Shown one piece after another: positions 24,506 to 35,112 of a stretch of DNA of 49,959 nt. The translations under genes were made by a program, and so were the position numbers. Every line of letters begins with the position of its first letter. Position 1 is the first letter of the stretch. This DNA comes from Nemertoderma westbladi (taxonomy: Eukaryota; Animalia; Xenacoelomorpha): contig JAUCBJ010002287.1 in the NCBI GenBank assembly GCA_032718475.1, positions 1 through 49,959 on the forward strand, written 5' to 3'. The notes below the pieces were generated by a model. The model had not been told where the DNA came from, made no database searches, and saw only the letters and a program-made list of their open reading frames with translations.

Positions 24506-24867
24506 AGTGTACTGAGCTACCAGACCGGATGAATATTTCGCTATGGAGTGGGAGATCATATTTAGGCCAACTAATCACTCAAAGGAAAGTACAACTTTGT
24601 TATTCCCGTGCTCTGCCAGAAATGGCAACCATGCCTCAAAGAATAACTATTAATTAAACAGGGTTGTAGAAACCACTGTAACCCCGTATGCCTGGCCCAG
24701 GCTGTTAATTCATAATAATAAGTGAATTGTTGTGGGGTGAGTGACGCGGTGTATTAAATATACAATGTAAATAAGACAATATGATAATGCTCTCCATAGC
24801 GAAAAATATCAACCGGCCCTATTGGGGCTCAAACCCGGTACCTAGGTTTCAAACTTCTGGTTATCAT
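24506..24867 (-). repeat. 362-bp tRNA-related (SINE- or satellite-like) unit
   Basis: Minus-strand A-box-like TAGCTCAGT at 24511-24519 and B-box-like element at about 24825-24835. Inverted repeat 24525-24548 / 24792-24816. Confidence 0.55.
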
Positions 24868-25283
24868 TATTTAATACAATTTACTTTGCATTTGGAGTTT
24901 TGTATCTTTTGTAGTTGAATAAGGAGTAAGGTTAAATAACAACTGACAACAAGATAAATGATGCTGTTACTGTGAATAGGTCATCAATGAGAACTTTAAC
25001 CATATCTGGGGGGTCTATATAAATTGTCAACTCTCTGGCGATTATTTAGATCACTCACTGAAGTTTTTATATATCATGATGTAGAAACTGACAAAGGAAA
25101 ATAATGTTTCAATTGTTGAATAAAATATTTTATTTACCATTTCATCCCTCAAGCTTAGTTATTGACCTCACACAATTACGTTGGCTTGGTACATAGGGAA
25201 CACCTGGACAAGAAATAAATAAAGCCTACTACTATGCTGGTATTATATTTGCACTCAACTACCACCATGAATTAGATACATTT

Positions 25284-26528
25284 CTATTTCTCTATCTTGA
25301 TAGGTTTGCACCTAAATATGTTGGTATTCACAGCTTCTCGGAAGCTTGCAACTATAGCGTACATAAGATAAAAGTTAAGAGAATAAACAATAAACACCAT
25401 GTCTTGAACATAGGATGTTCTGTTCAAGAACCGCTCATACTTTATAAAGTAAGTAATGTCTGCTGTGCTGGACATTGTAGTTAAAGTACTGTGTAACTGG
25501 TATAAGTGAAAAGCTACTATTATAACTACTATGAAAGAAACAATGTGTATAGCAGATAAAGTACCAGTTATCATAAGAAGTTTTATTGCATTGCACATCT
25601 TTAACATTGACGGTGATTGAGGGTTTAACCTAGCCACATTGTAAAACTTTGTTATCATTAGGACATCTATAATAAGTACTGCTATAAGTTGGGTGAGTAA
25701 AACAGGTGGAACACCATAACCATTAATACGATAAGCTGTGTTTATGTGCTCATTATTGGTTCTCCAATAATCATCGATTGCCCAATATTCAGTAACACCA
25801 TCAACCATATGTATTTCACCTTTAAATGAAAACATAAGAGGCCAATTGAGAGCAGCGCAGTAAACAACCACAATGATTAAAACTATATAAACCATTTTGG
25901 GATTTTTCGCTTTGGTATTTTTATACCATAATGGAAAATACAAGGCTGCAATCCGATCTAGACCCATTATTAAAGATAACAGTTGTGCAGTAAAGGGAAA
26001 TGCCCAAACGAGCATTGGCGAACACATTTGAAAAATCCAGTATAACAAATTAGAAGATTTGTAAACTAGATATGACACTCCATCGATTATTTCATAATCC
26101 GGTGTAGTTTTCACCCACCATGAGAGAGTTTCCCCACGTAGCAGTAACCTCCCAATACAACATAATGACTCCAGAATGGCGTCGAGAATTAACATTTTGT
26201 AAAACAAGGTGTTAAAAGACTTTTCAAGTAGAACTGTTGTTATGGTAATGGCATGTCCGATTAAACCAACTGCGACAAAGGTACAAATATATGGCGTGAT
26301 AATTCTTTCAAATACTTCATTAAATTCGTCAAATTGTTCACCCTCATTCAGATATAGGTCATAATTGACGTCTTTTAGTATCTTTATGTAACGATCATTG
26401 TATGCACTACGGGGAATATTGGCGATATTATAAAGTTGAAGACCAATGCTGGGTTTATCAGTCATCACACCAGCTGAAGTCATACACGCAAGAAAACCAA
26501 TGAACACTAGCAGTGATTGCGTTGTCAT
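25284..26528 (-). CDS. Intronless rhodopsin-like (class A) 7TM GPCR, 414 aa, divergent peptide-receptor/chemoreceptor type
   Basis: ATG at 26528 followed by a signal-peptide-like segment. Seven hydrophobic stretches, DRY-like MGLDRIAALYFPLWY, and TM7/helix 8 SLNFYLMY...FREAV. Minus-strand AATAAA at 25129-25134. Confidence 0.85.
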   Translation of the reverse strand: MTTQSLLVFIGFLACMTSAGVMTDKPSIGLQLYNIANIPRSAYNDRYIKILKDVNYDLYLNEGEQFDEFNEVFERIITPYICTFVAVGLIGHAITITTVLLEKSFNTLFYKMLILDAILESLCCIGRLLLRGETLSWWVKTTPDYEIIDGVSYLVYKSSNLLYWIFQMCSPMLVWAFPFTAQLLSLIMGLDRIAALYFPLWYKNTKAKNPKMVYIVLIIVVVYCAALNWPLMFSFKGEIHMVDGVTEYWAIDDYWRTNNEHINTAYRINGYGVPPVLLTQLIAVLIIDVLMITKFYNVARLNPQSPSMLKMCNAIKLLMITGTLSAIHIVSFIVVIIVAFHLYQLHSTLTTMSSTADITYFIKYERFLNRTSYVQDMVFIVYSLNFYLMYAIVASFREAVNTNIFRCKPIKIEK

Positions 26529-27212
26529 TATGTCCAACAGGATGTTGAAGAACGTATTATTCAAAGACTATTCATCGTATTTTACCTCTTACTATTGAAT
26601 GGATTTCATCATAATTTTTATCAGAAAGCAGAAAGTATAATTGATTCGAATACTACGACTACTTACTTTTAGTTTGAGCCATAAATTAATCAGCCACATG
26701 GAGTTTTGGTGACATTATGGGGACCAAACAAGATGCTCAAGATTCGATCACTGGTTAGGACAGAATAGGGTTGGTGCGCGCAAAAATTGTTGGGCTAGAA
26801 ACAATCGAATAATGGGTAAAAAGGTGCCCGGAATCAAATGGCGGAGTGTGTTTTTGTAAAAACACGAGGAAACGGTCGAAATGGCGGGTTTAAGTATGCG
26901 CGGGAAGCCAATTTTGAAAATCGACAGTGATTGGCTGCACTCATTAAACAGTGATCTGATATATTTTCTTATCTTGGTTTCTATGGAGAGATATTTTCGA
27001 TCAATTCAAATACACATTAATTCTCAATCATTTCACACGTGGCTTATATCAATAGAAAACGGATAGTCTTGCACGTATTTTGACACTACAATTAATTAAA
27101 TTCATAAAGGGTAAGAATGGTAAAATTGATAACAGGCGAAAACAAGCAAAAACAGTTGGAATGTAGTGAAAACAGACGAAAACAGTTAGATCTTTAAAAA
27201 TAATCATCCATG

Positions 27213-27545
27213 TGTAATAGAAATGTACTGTATGATCGGTACCAATAATACAGAGTGTAGTTATGTTATGTTGTATGTAGTTATGTTGTAGACTAGCAGA
27301 CTACTGGACTAGGAAGGCAGTACTGCAGTACCATACGAAGTAGGTTACTGCTTGTACCGGTAGCGGTTGACCGCCGACCGGTAGGTTGTTATACAGTTAA
27401 GTGAATCACATAGTCTTATTCTCTGCTTATTAATATTATACTTTGATAATAAATATCATGCTTATTATTGCTGTATTGTTTGGTTGACAGTTCAAATATA
27501 GCAGCCGTGCTAGAGCCGGGTTAGAGGGAGAAGGCCCTCATTACA
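27213..27545 (+). repeat. 5' LTR (333 bp)
   Basis: TG...CA ends with a 6-bp inverted repeat, internal AATAAA near 27448, followed directly by the PBS. Confidence 0.85.
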
Positions 27546-27558
27546 TGGAGGTCCCACC
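27546..27558 (+). promoter_or_regulatory. Primer binding site, tRNA-Gln
   Basis: TGGAGGTCCCACC is complementary to the 3' end (GGTGGGACCT-CCA) of eukaryotic tRNA-Gln. Confidence 0.8.
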
Positions 27559-27759
27559 ACAGGTATGGTGAATTGCTGTATGAAGTTAGAAGGTTAAAAG
27601 AAGGTAAGCGCTAAAGCGACTGCAGATAAATTCACTAATGTAAACCTGGATTGGAAATGTAGGATAACTAGGCAGACTCCTAAACATGTAAGGGACGTTT
27701 ATCATAAAGAAGTAGAGATAGCTAATAAAAATCAGGAATCTGTTAAAAAAAATAAAAAG

Positions 27760-28956
27760 ATGCCAAAACGAAGGGACAATGAGCATGGAGCAGTTGGTGG
27801 AACCGGCAAGGACGACGATGAATATGAGTCCGGGGAAGCTGATGATATGGCAGTAGGTGAAGATAAGCAGTCCAACATGATGTTACGAATGTTTAATTCT
27901 ATGATGACGCAACAAAATCAAATGTTCTCTACAATGATGGCAGAAATTCATCAACGAGAGGAGGATAGATGCAGACGAGCTGATGCTAGAGATGAGCAGA
28001 TGCTAAACTTGTCGAGAAGTCGTCGAGATGATGGTGGTCCTGGATCAGATGAGGCTCCAACGGGTTCTTTGGCAAGTCATTCTACGAAGTTAACAGAGCA
28101 AATACCTCCTTTTGATCCTAAAAAGATGAGCATCCAGGATTGGTTTAGTGAATATTATGAGCGAATAATGATAGATTCGCAAGTACCAATGGAAGAAAGA
28201 AAGAATAGACTTCTAGTTAAAATAGGTAGATTACATTCAATGTTAGATGAAACTTTAGAACCCAGAGATCGAATAGATTATGAAAGTATGAAGAGGGCTA
28301 TTATTCAAATTTTAGGAGATCATAAACGTAATGTTGTAGCAGACATTGCACAATGTAAGCAAGGTTTAAATGAAACATTACCAGAATTTGTAGAGCGTTT
28401 TATGATTGCAGTTCGGCGGCGACGTGAGGATCATAGTGGTGATGGTGAACAAGAAATTTTCCAAGATTTCTTTGCTGGAAATGTGCGAAATGAAATAAGT
28501 GGGCATTTAAGAGGTTGGCGACGAATTAATGTTGGATCTTCTTGGAAAGATTTATTACAACAGGCATATGAATTAGATGTTCAATACCCAAGAATGCAGT
28601 CAGTGTCCTCAATACAAAATAGTATGGTAAATGTTTCATCAGTTAATTCCAATTGGAAAGGAAATAGAACCAATTCATATAATTCTAGAATTCCAGAAAA
28701 TACACCCGAATCATTAAATACTAAACAAAATAATAATGCTTGCTATAATTGTGGAAGAACTAACCACCAAATTAAAGATTGTAGAGCACCTACATTATGT
28801 TATAAATGCCAGAAAACAGGCCATAAAGCTAAAGATTGTACACAAGGAAAATGGAAAAATAGTAGCAGTGATGATACTAAACTGAGAGATACAAATAGAA
28901 ATTCATTTAGTAAACGGCCCTCATTACACATGCATCCAGGTGAAAGTAGATATTGA
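27760..28956 (+). CDS. Gag-like protein, 398 aa, with two CCHC zinc knuckles
   Basis: Uninterrupted ORF; capsid-like IPPFDP..SIQDWF and KQGLNETLPEFVERF; knuckles CYNCGRTNHQIKDC and CYKCQKTGHKAKDC. Confidence 0.85.
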   Translation: MPKRRDNEHGAVGGTGKDDDEYESGEADDMAVGEDKQSNMMLRMFNSMMTQQNQMFSTMMAEIHQREEDRCRRADARDEQMLNLSRSRRDDGGPGSDEAPTGSLASHSTKLTEQIPPFDPKKMSIQDWFSEYYERIMIDSQVPMEERKNRLLVKIGRLHSMLDETLEPRDRIDYESMKRAIIQILGDHKRNVVADIAQCKQGLNETLPEFVERFMIAVRRRREDHSGDGEQEIFQDFFAGNVRNEISGHLRGWRRINVGSSWKDLLQQAYELDVQYPRMQSVSSIQNSMVNVSSVNSNWKGNRTNSYNSRIPENTPESLNTKQNNNACYNCGRTNHQIKDCRAPTLCYKCQKTGHKAKDCTQGKWKNSSSDDTKLRDTNRNSFSKRPSLHMHPGESRY

Positions 28957-29224
28957 AGTTAACTAGGTGTAATTATAGATTTAAAATTTAGTGGCATTTA
29001 TAATGTCGCTAACTTAAGATGACGTTCTATGTACAATAACACTGCTCATATCAGTGCCCGTGCTGCCCTACCAGTACCTGTTGTACTGTACCCGTACCGT
29101 TTGGGTAGTAATTGAATTTATTATTATTGCAGAGATGCACTTTATTGATTGTTATACAGTAGTAGTAGCTAGTACTGTAGGCCTAAGTCTGAACTCCATG
29201 TCTGTAATAACGATGCCAGGTACA

Positions 29225-30403
29225 CAGGCGCGGATCCAGGAATTTTTTTCGGAGGGGGCTAAGCTGCTAAAACTATGATACCCCCAGATCAATTTTTTAA
29301 ACCATTTAAATTTTCGTTATAAACTAAATATATTAGCATTAAAATATTTTAATATTAATCTTTTAAAATAAAAGTAATAATTATACAATTAGCCTATTGT
29401 ATAATACAATAATGAATTTTATACCGGCAATAGTTAAATGAGCAGTAATCGACGGGCCTAGCGACCAGCATATTCATTAATTATCTCATCTGGTGTGAGT
29501 TTGATATCCTTGTGGATTGAAAGTAAAGCCAGATCAGTTAGTCGGGGTTGTCATTGTGGCACGTAAGTACGATTTCAAAAGCTTAAGTTTTGAAAATGTT
29601 CGCTCCAACTCCAACTGTTCCCCATCAGATAAATGTTTATTCAGTATTCCATATCCTATATTCCTTTTGTTAGGCGCCAGCTCTGCACATATATCTGAGC
29701 TATCTCTGCTTGCCGTCTGGTTATCCGCCTGTCTACTACTTGTACTCGCCACTTCCGGATCCGGTACAATGGCCACCATCGTCTCTTCCACCTCCAATCG
29801 CGCCGATTTTTCTAAAACTCCAAAAAAATCCTTCATTGTTCGCTTCATATTAGTACCGATATGATAGTTGTTAAAGTGAAACTATAAGATGAAAGACGAT
29901 AAAAGATTGCAAAAGATAAATTATTAATAAATATTAAGAAGTAGTAAAATAATTGAGTAGCCAACGAAGAAAGAAGTGAACAAAGTGCTGATATATTGGT
30001 TTATAATGAGGTTTGTCTTTAAATTCGTTTTTATTCTGGTGGATTATTCCACCTGAAGACGGTACCGGTAACTCTGTACCGCTGTAACAGTTATCAGTAC
30101 CGGTACCGTACTGTAATCCTGTAGTCTCCTAGCAACCAGCTGATGCCAAGCCTAATAATTTTTGGGTAGATTCATTTATTATAACTGAGCCTGTTCTGAG
30201 CTGAGTTATTAACGTGGTTGGATACACTGTAATTGAATCACGTGTTCAGCTAAGTAGCGATATAGCAATACTTCCATAACACTTATTTTATATTAATGAG
30301 AAAACGTAAACCGGGTGATGACTATTATCACGACACGATTTTGCCATTTCGGGGGGGGGGGGGGGGGGGGGGGGGGCTAGCCCCCCCATTGGATCCGCGC
30401 CTG
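29225..30403 (-). mobile_element. hAT transposon internal-deletion derivative
   Basis: TIR CAGGCGCGGATCCA / TGGATCCGCGCCTG; 8-bp TSD CAGGTACA / CAGGTACG (7/8). The ORF fuses an N-terminus (MKRTMKDFFG) to the hAT dimerisation motif ERTFSKLKLLKSYLRATM. Confidence 0.88.
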
Positions 30404-31529
30404 CAGGTACGTAAAATACATAACACATAGGCCTATTTCATTTTCAGCATCAACAAATTTTGTTTGTTCTGATAATGCAGAAACAGCTGGAAGCGAAGAT
30501 ACCGGAACTTCGTACTTCAACATCTTATCTTCTTCTATCGGTGCCGGTATGGGTGCCGGTACAATAGACTTACTGAATACTCTACTCTGTAGGCTTACTG
30601 CATTGCAGTACTGGAGTAAAATCCATAATCATGCAACGGGTAATCAGTGTTATTGTACATGGGTTATGGGTAGAACGTAATCTTAAGTTAGTGACATTAT
30701 AAATGCCACTAAATTTTAAATCTATAATTACGCCTAGTTAACTTCAATATCTACTTTCACCTGGATGCATGGATGATTATTTTTAAACGATCTAACTGTT
30801 TTCGTCTGTTTTCCCTACATTCCAACTGTTTTCGCTTATTTTCACCTGTTTTCGCCTGTTTTCGACTGTTGCCACAAACTAGTACTATCCAAAAAAAAAA
30901 CATAAATATAAAATCAAATTAACTTTTTTCACTAGCTAAAAAAACGTACTAGCTAACACAAAATAAAAATTATTAGCTACCATCCTACTGTCAGAAGGTC
31001 AAATATTTGTTGTAGAAAAAAACCTCATGATAAAAGCATTTTTCATATGAAAGGAATTGGTCAAACTATGGGTACTCAAGGTGTACTAATGCAAAACATT
31101 TTTCCTCTGGCTTTGTGAATAACTAACTACTTGTACGGCTTTATAAACAGGGTCAGGAGGCCCTGTAATATATAAGCCATTAATTTAATCAGGTGACTTC
31201 TATGAATGCAGATAGTAGTAACAAAGCATGTTGAATAATATATTATATGCCTTCTAAGAACCATTAGTGTTCTTAATGGACTATAATACATTATACATTA
31301 TAGAAGAAGCATTGGTTCATGGTTGATGGTCCACATATTTTCGTAGGCCTAATATACAGTAGCTACAGTAGACAAGTAAGTAAATGCATTAACTGTTTTT
31401 GTGTGCTAGCACTAATGAAATAATTATTAATTGCATAAACAGGAAAGAAGGTCGAATGAATTAAATATATATCATAGATGATTACAGTATTGACCAAAAG
31501 TTTGGTCAGTAGGTAAAAAAATCAAGACG

Positions 31530-32050
31530 GGATACAGACGGGTGGAGTACAGCAAATCAAAGAATCAAGAGTTGGTGGGGGGTTCTTCGGAAGGAGAATG
31601 CGCAGTTCTAGATAGAATTATTTAAAGAATTGAAGGCAGAATGTATCCTCCCCGGAGACTTTGTTTCAAAGGCTGTTGTTCAGTTCTGTTTTATTTCACT
31701 AATTCAAAACGAACTAGACACAGTAGCATCAGTGTGGAACCACCATCTTATTCGTCCTTCTGGAAATTCCAACGTTCCAAGCGGTTGACCTAATATTATG
31801 TATAGTTCGCCTAGCCTCTACCGAACTAGCTACAGTACAGCTCTTAACCATAGCGCCTTCTGAGCCTCTACCATGCTACCAAACAGCTCGTAACCGTAGC
31901 GCCTTCTGAGCCTCCACCATGCTACCGAACAGCTCGTAACCGTAGCGCCTTCTGAAATTAATACTTTTATGACATTAATACCATTATTTCGCTCATCTAT
32001 TCCTTGTGATGCCGATGTGTATATGAACTGTGCATTCAGTTAATGTGTGA
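31530..32050 (+). mobile_element. IS3EU-type (integrase-core) transposase remnant
   Basis: STANQRIKSWW...QFCFISLIQNELDTVASVWNHHLIRPS..VPSG*PNIMY..P.LY, later FRSSIPCDAD; degenerate. Confidence 0.65.
31837..31955. repeat. 46-bp tandem repeat, about 2.6 copies
   Basis: acagctc(t/g)taacc(a/g)tagcgccttctga starts at 31837, 31883 and 31929. Confidence 0.9.
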
Positions 32051-32269
32051 GAAGAAGAGATTGGATTCAAGGATTGGATTCAATTCATTGGATTGGATTC
32101 AATTCATTGGATACTAGATTGGATTCCAGCGGAATTGGAGCGCACTTTAGGTTGATGCTATCTTCTCACCGGGAAGATAGCATTGGGGGGGGGGGGGGGG
32201 GGGAGTGTTAGCGGATCCAATTCGCTGCACCACCCAGCGGAAAATGGGGAAAGGCATGATTTACGAATC

Positions 32270-32677
32270 AGTTCAAACAACCAATTTACAAAAAAATTTG
32301 TGCTGGCACCAAAATTTGGCACCCTCCGAAAAAAACAAGTTTGAAATTTCAAAATTAATTTATATGAATTCCATCTAATTGTTAATACCATAAAAACGGT
32401 GTAAATAAAAAACAGAGATGTTCATATTTCATGAAATGTAATTTTCAAATAACGTCTCAAAAAATGTGCCATAAGTAGGGTTAAAAAATGGTGCTATAAC
32501 TCGAAAACTACCCAACATTTTTGAAAACGGTTGTCACTACTAGGAATATAATAGATGTTTAGGAAAAGTCATAAAATTTCAGATTTCCAACTGCATTTGT
32601 TTCAGAATTATAACAAAAAACCACGGTGGTGGGGGTCACATTGACCCCCCACCCCCCACCCTCAGGGTTTAATAGGG
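32270..32677 (+). mobile_element. Truncated, more diverged copy (3' end) of the 1.55-kb piggyBac-type element
   Basis: Matches about 38975-39393 and ends gggtttaataggg|TTAA (TTAA at 32678-32681). Confidence 0.85.
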
Positions 32678-32681
32678 TTAA

Positions 32682-33180
32682 AGTATTTGAATGTCCTACT
32701 TCGGGAAACTCATTTACAAAATCAACATCTTGACAAGGTCTAGCCAGGTCTTCCTTGACAGAGAGCTTTTTATAACTGAAATTATATTGTTTGTTCTACT
32801 TTACTTATAAAGTGAGTTTCCCATTTCTTAACTATATTGAAGCATCTTCCCAAAGATATCTTTTGGATATCTTTCCCAAGCTTTATGAAGATCTAAAGTT
32901 TGGAAATTTATAAACTCTTGAAAAGTTTCATGTTCCTTACAGAAATCTGACAATTATTGAACCAGAATCAGAGATAGAAAGGTTGTTATTAATTGCAATG
33001 TGTAGAGAGAAGCCTGAGTTAGTATAAACTTACAGTGCAGCCAAGAGTATGGCTTTGGAGAAGGTGAAACTATGGCAACACAATTGGATAAACATACTCC
33101 AAATGAGATAGCAGAATTACCAACTAATAATATCATTGCAGAATGGCACCTTGCCATTTTTTGATAATTTTGCTACTTTT
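32682..33180 (+). pseudogene. Decayed coding remnant, probably a DNA transposase C-terminal region
   Basis: Long protein-like frame with stops: YFTYKVSFPFLNYIE..LLDIFPKLYEDL...LQCSQEYGFG...ELPTNNIIAE.HLAIFD. Family not identified. Confidence 0.35.
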
Positions 33181-33233
33181 GCATACTTTCTTCTTCTATT
33201 CTTTCTCATACTATTCTTTTTGCTACTGTCAGC

Positions 33234-33745
33234 ATAGTTAATTAATAGGAAATAATTATTCATTATTACTCGGTATAATGTTGTACGTAGTTAATTATAA
33301 TTAATAGGAAATAATTATTCATTATTACACGGTGTTACGGAAGGTATTATGTTGTACATAGTTAATTAATAGGAAATAATTAGTCATTATTAAACGGTGT
33401 AACGCATGGTATAATGTTACTAGAATAGGCTTGCACGGCTCTGCGACACTTAGACCGCACTGACTGGCGCCATGCTGTCTGGGTGACACCCAATGTCACC
33501 CTATGGGTGTCATTGGCGCCACACTGTCTGGGTGACACCTCCCAATTAGGCTAATTAGACCCTAATTGATAGGTGTTATCAATTAATTAGTACAATTAAA
33601 CCCTAATAGGTGTCTTATGACTCCTAGTTAGGGTTTAATTGATTATCCTAATAAATCAGACTGATTAGCGCCCTGACACACAATGAGTCATCAGTGTTGT
33701 CTAAGTGTCATAGAGAGGTGCAAAGGGTGTCATAAGTGATACCAC
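33234..33745. other. AT-rich tandem repeats followed by a multi-hairpin (nested inverted repeat) region
   Basis: Three copies of (tagtt)aattaataggaaataatta(t/g)tcattatt in 33234-33420. A 33-bp outer inverted repeat (33431-33463 / 33691-33723) encloses several hairpins. Confidence 0.75.
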
Positions 33746-35112
33746 GGCTCCGGCTCTTTTATATTATTAATACTTATTATACCCCCATTATTAAATACTG
33801 TCAGACTGCTGTGGTACCGGTAGCCTAAACCGCTGCTTTTCTACCTGACTATCTGATCAATCGAGTTTGATTTAGTAGTGCCGTAGTAACGATTTACTGA
33901 CCAACATTGATTACTACGGTTATTCACTATATATCCTACTGACTGACTGAGATATCGCATAGGCCCACCGCTAATATTTCATGGTTATCAATACTACTGA
34001 CAGACTATATCACTAGCACTACTGCACTGCTGACTACTCGCTTTTGTTTCATGGCTATGGAGCAAGTGACTGTCTGACTAACTGCTTTTTGTTTCATGGA
34101 CTCGGAGGCAACTGACTGACTGACTGACACAATTTTGGTCATCAATAGGCCTAACTATACAAAACGCAGTATTGTTGCCTAGTAACCAATTCACACCTAC
34201 TGTATTTCAATATTTTTAGCAAGCATACAGTATTTTTCTTTTTTTACAAATAAACAATTTATTTTTCTAGATTCAAGATACCAATGTCCACAAATAAAGT
34301 CAACTGCCCAATCTGCGATAAAGAGACCTGGAGCGTTCATTTATCCCGCCATATTAAAACTCATTTCGCGCAGTACAGATGCGACTGCTGCCGGACCTAG
34401 TCCTTGGAGAAAAAGATGATGGTTTGCCATCTGGCTTTATGCTACAATGGGGGGACCGGATTTACGTACGTAAACAAGCCAGCCAATTGTCGGTGTGGGG
34501 AATCGCTCACCCTGACTTCCTTCACTGAGCACGAATGCTACACCCGATATTTTTCACGAAAACGTTAAACTCCCACCATCAACAACTCACAATCATCCTC
34601 CATCAACTCTACCCTGGAACAAGTCGGCGCCGGCTCCATTAACGAACCATCAACTTCGCGAGATTATAACTATATTTAACCAAACAATCCCTTTAAACCT
34701 CCCATCAACGGAACCGCGCATAGGCGTCTATTTACATATAACAATAATGTCTCCGAAACAAGACTTGACGTTGAACTAACTTTAAACGAAAATTTTCAGC
34801 ATATCAAAGAACATGTTAGTAACCATTTAAATACTGCTTTCGGATCTTTTTTAAAAGTCTGGCTTACAATTAACATCATAATGGAACGCGAAACCAGCGA
34901 AGGATTCCAAATAGAGTCCTTTTGTTTTAAATCTAGCGGTAGCAATAACCATATTCTAAATAATAACGACTTCTTTAACTGGTTTTCTGGCGCTGTAAAC
35001 TGCATTGATCAACTATTAAGCGTGTTTATCTGCCTCGGCTCGGGTTGGCGCATAATAGCTATCGAGCGAATAACTTTTGAGATTGCGTGCTCGCAACGCA
35101 ATTCCTATTTAA

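Larger units (their letters stand above)
27213..28928 (+). mobile_element. Gypsy-type LTR retrotransposon deletion derivative (5' LTR, PBS, gag, last 13 bp of 3' LTR)
   Basis: CATG TSD at 27209-27212 and 28929-28932. The LTR reads TGTAAT...ATTACA, and GGCCCTCATTACA occurs at both 27533-27545 and 28916-28928. Confidence 0.88.
27131..30890. mobile_element. Long-TIR (foldback/MITE-like) non-autonomous DNA element hosting two nested insertions
   Basis: After removing the LTR element, the left arm (27131-27212 joined to 28933-29045) is the reverse complement of 30645-30860. Both arms have AAAACAGNNN subterminal repeats. The right end reads GGATAGT on the minus strand; the left terminus is uncertain (GGATAGT also occurs at 27061). 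Confidence 0.75.

Noticed and set aside
22448-24867. LTR pair or long TSD around the RT
   Set aside because: The RT is RTE-type non-LTR with a (TAG)n tail. The repeats lack TG...CA, PBS and PPT, and the second copy starts about 210 bp after the tail.
24506-24867. Functional tRNA gene
   Set aside because: The halves are separated or permuted, and the D-arm and anticodon arm are not canonical.
26700-27060. Possible non-autonomous DNA element or GPCR promoter
   Set aside because: The sequence style is suggestive, but no termini or definable sites were found.
28933-30767. Independent MITE with CATG TSD
   Set aside because: The CATG pair at 27209 and 28929 is the LTR element's TSD. The inverted repeat continues on the other side of the LTR element, so this is part of one larger TIR element.
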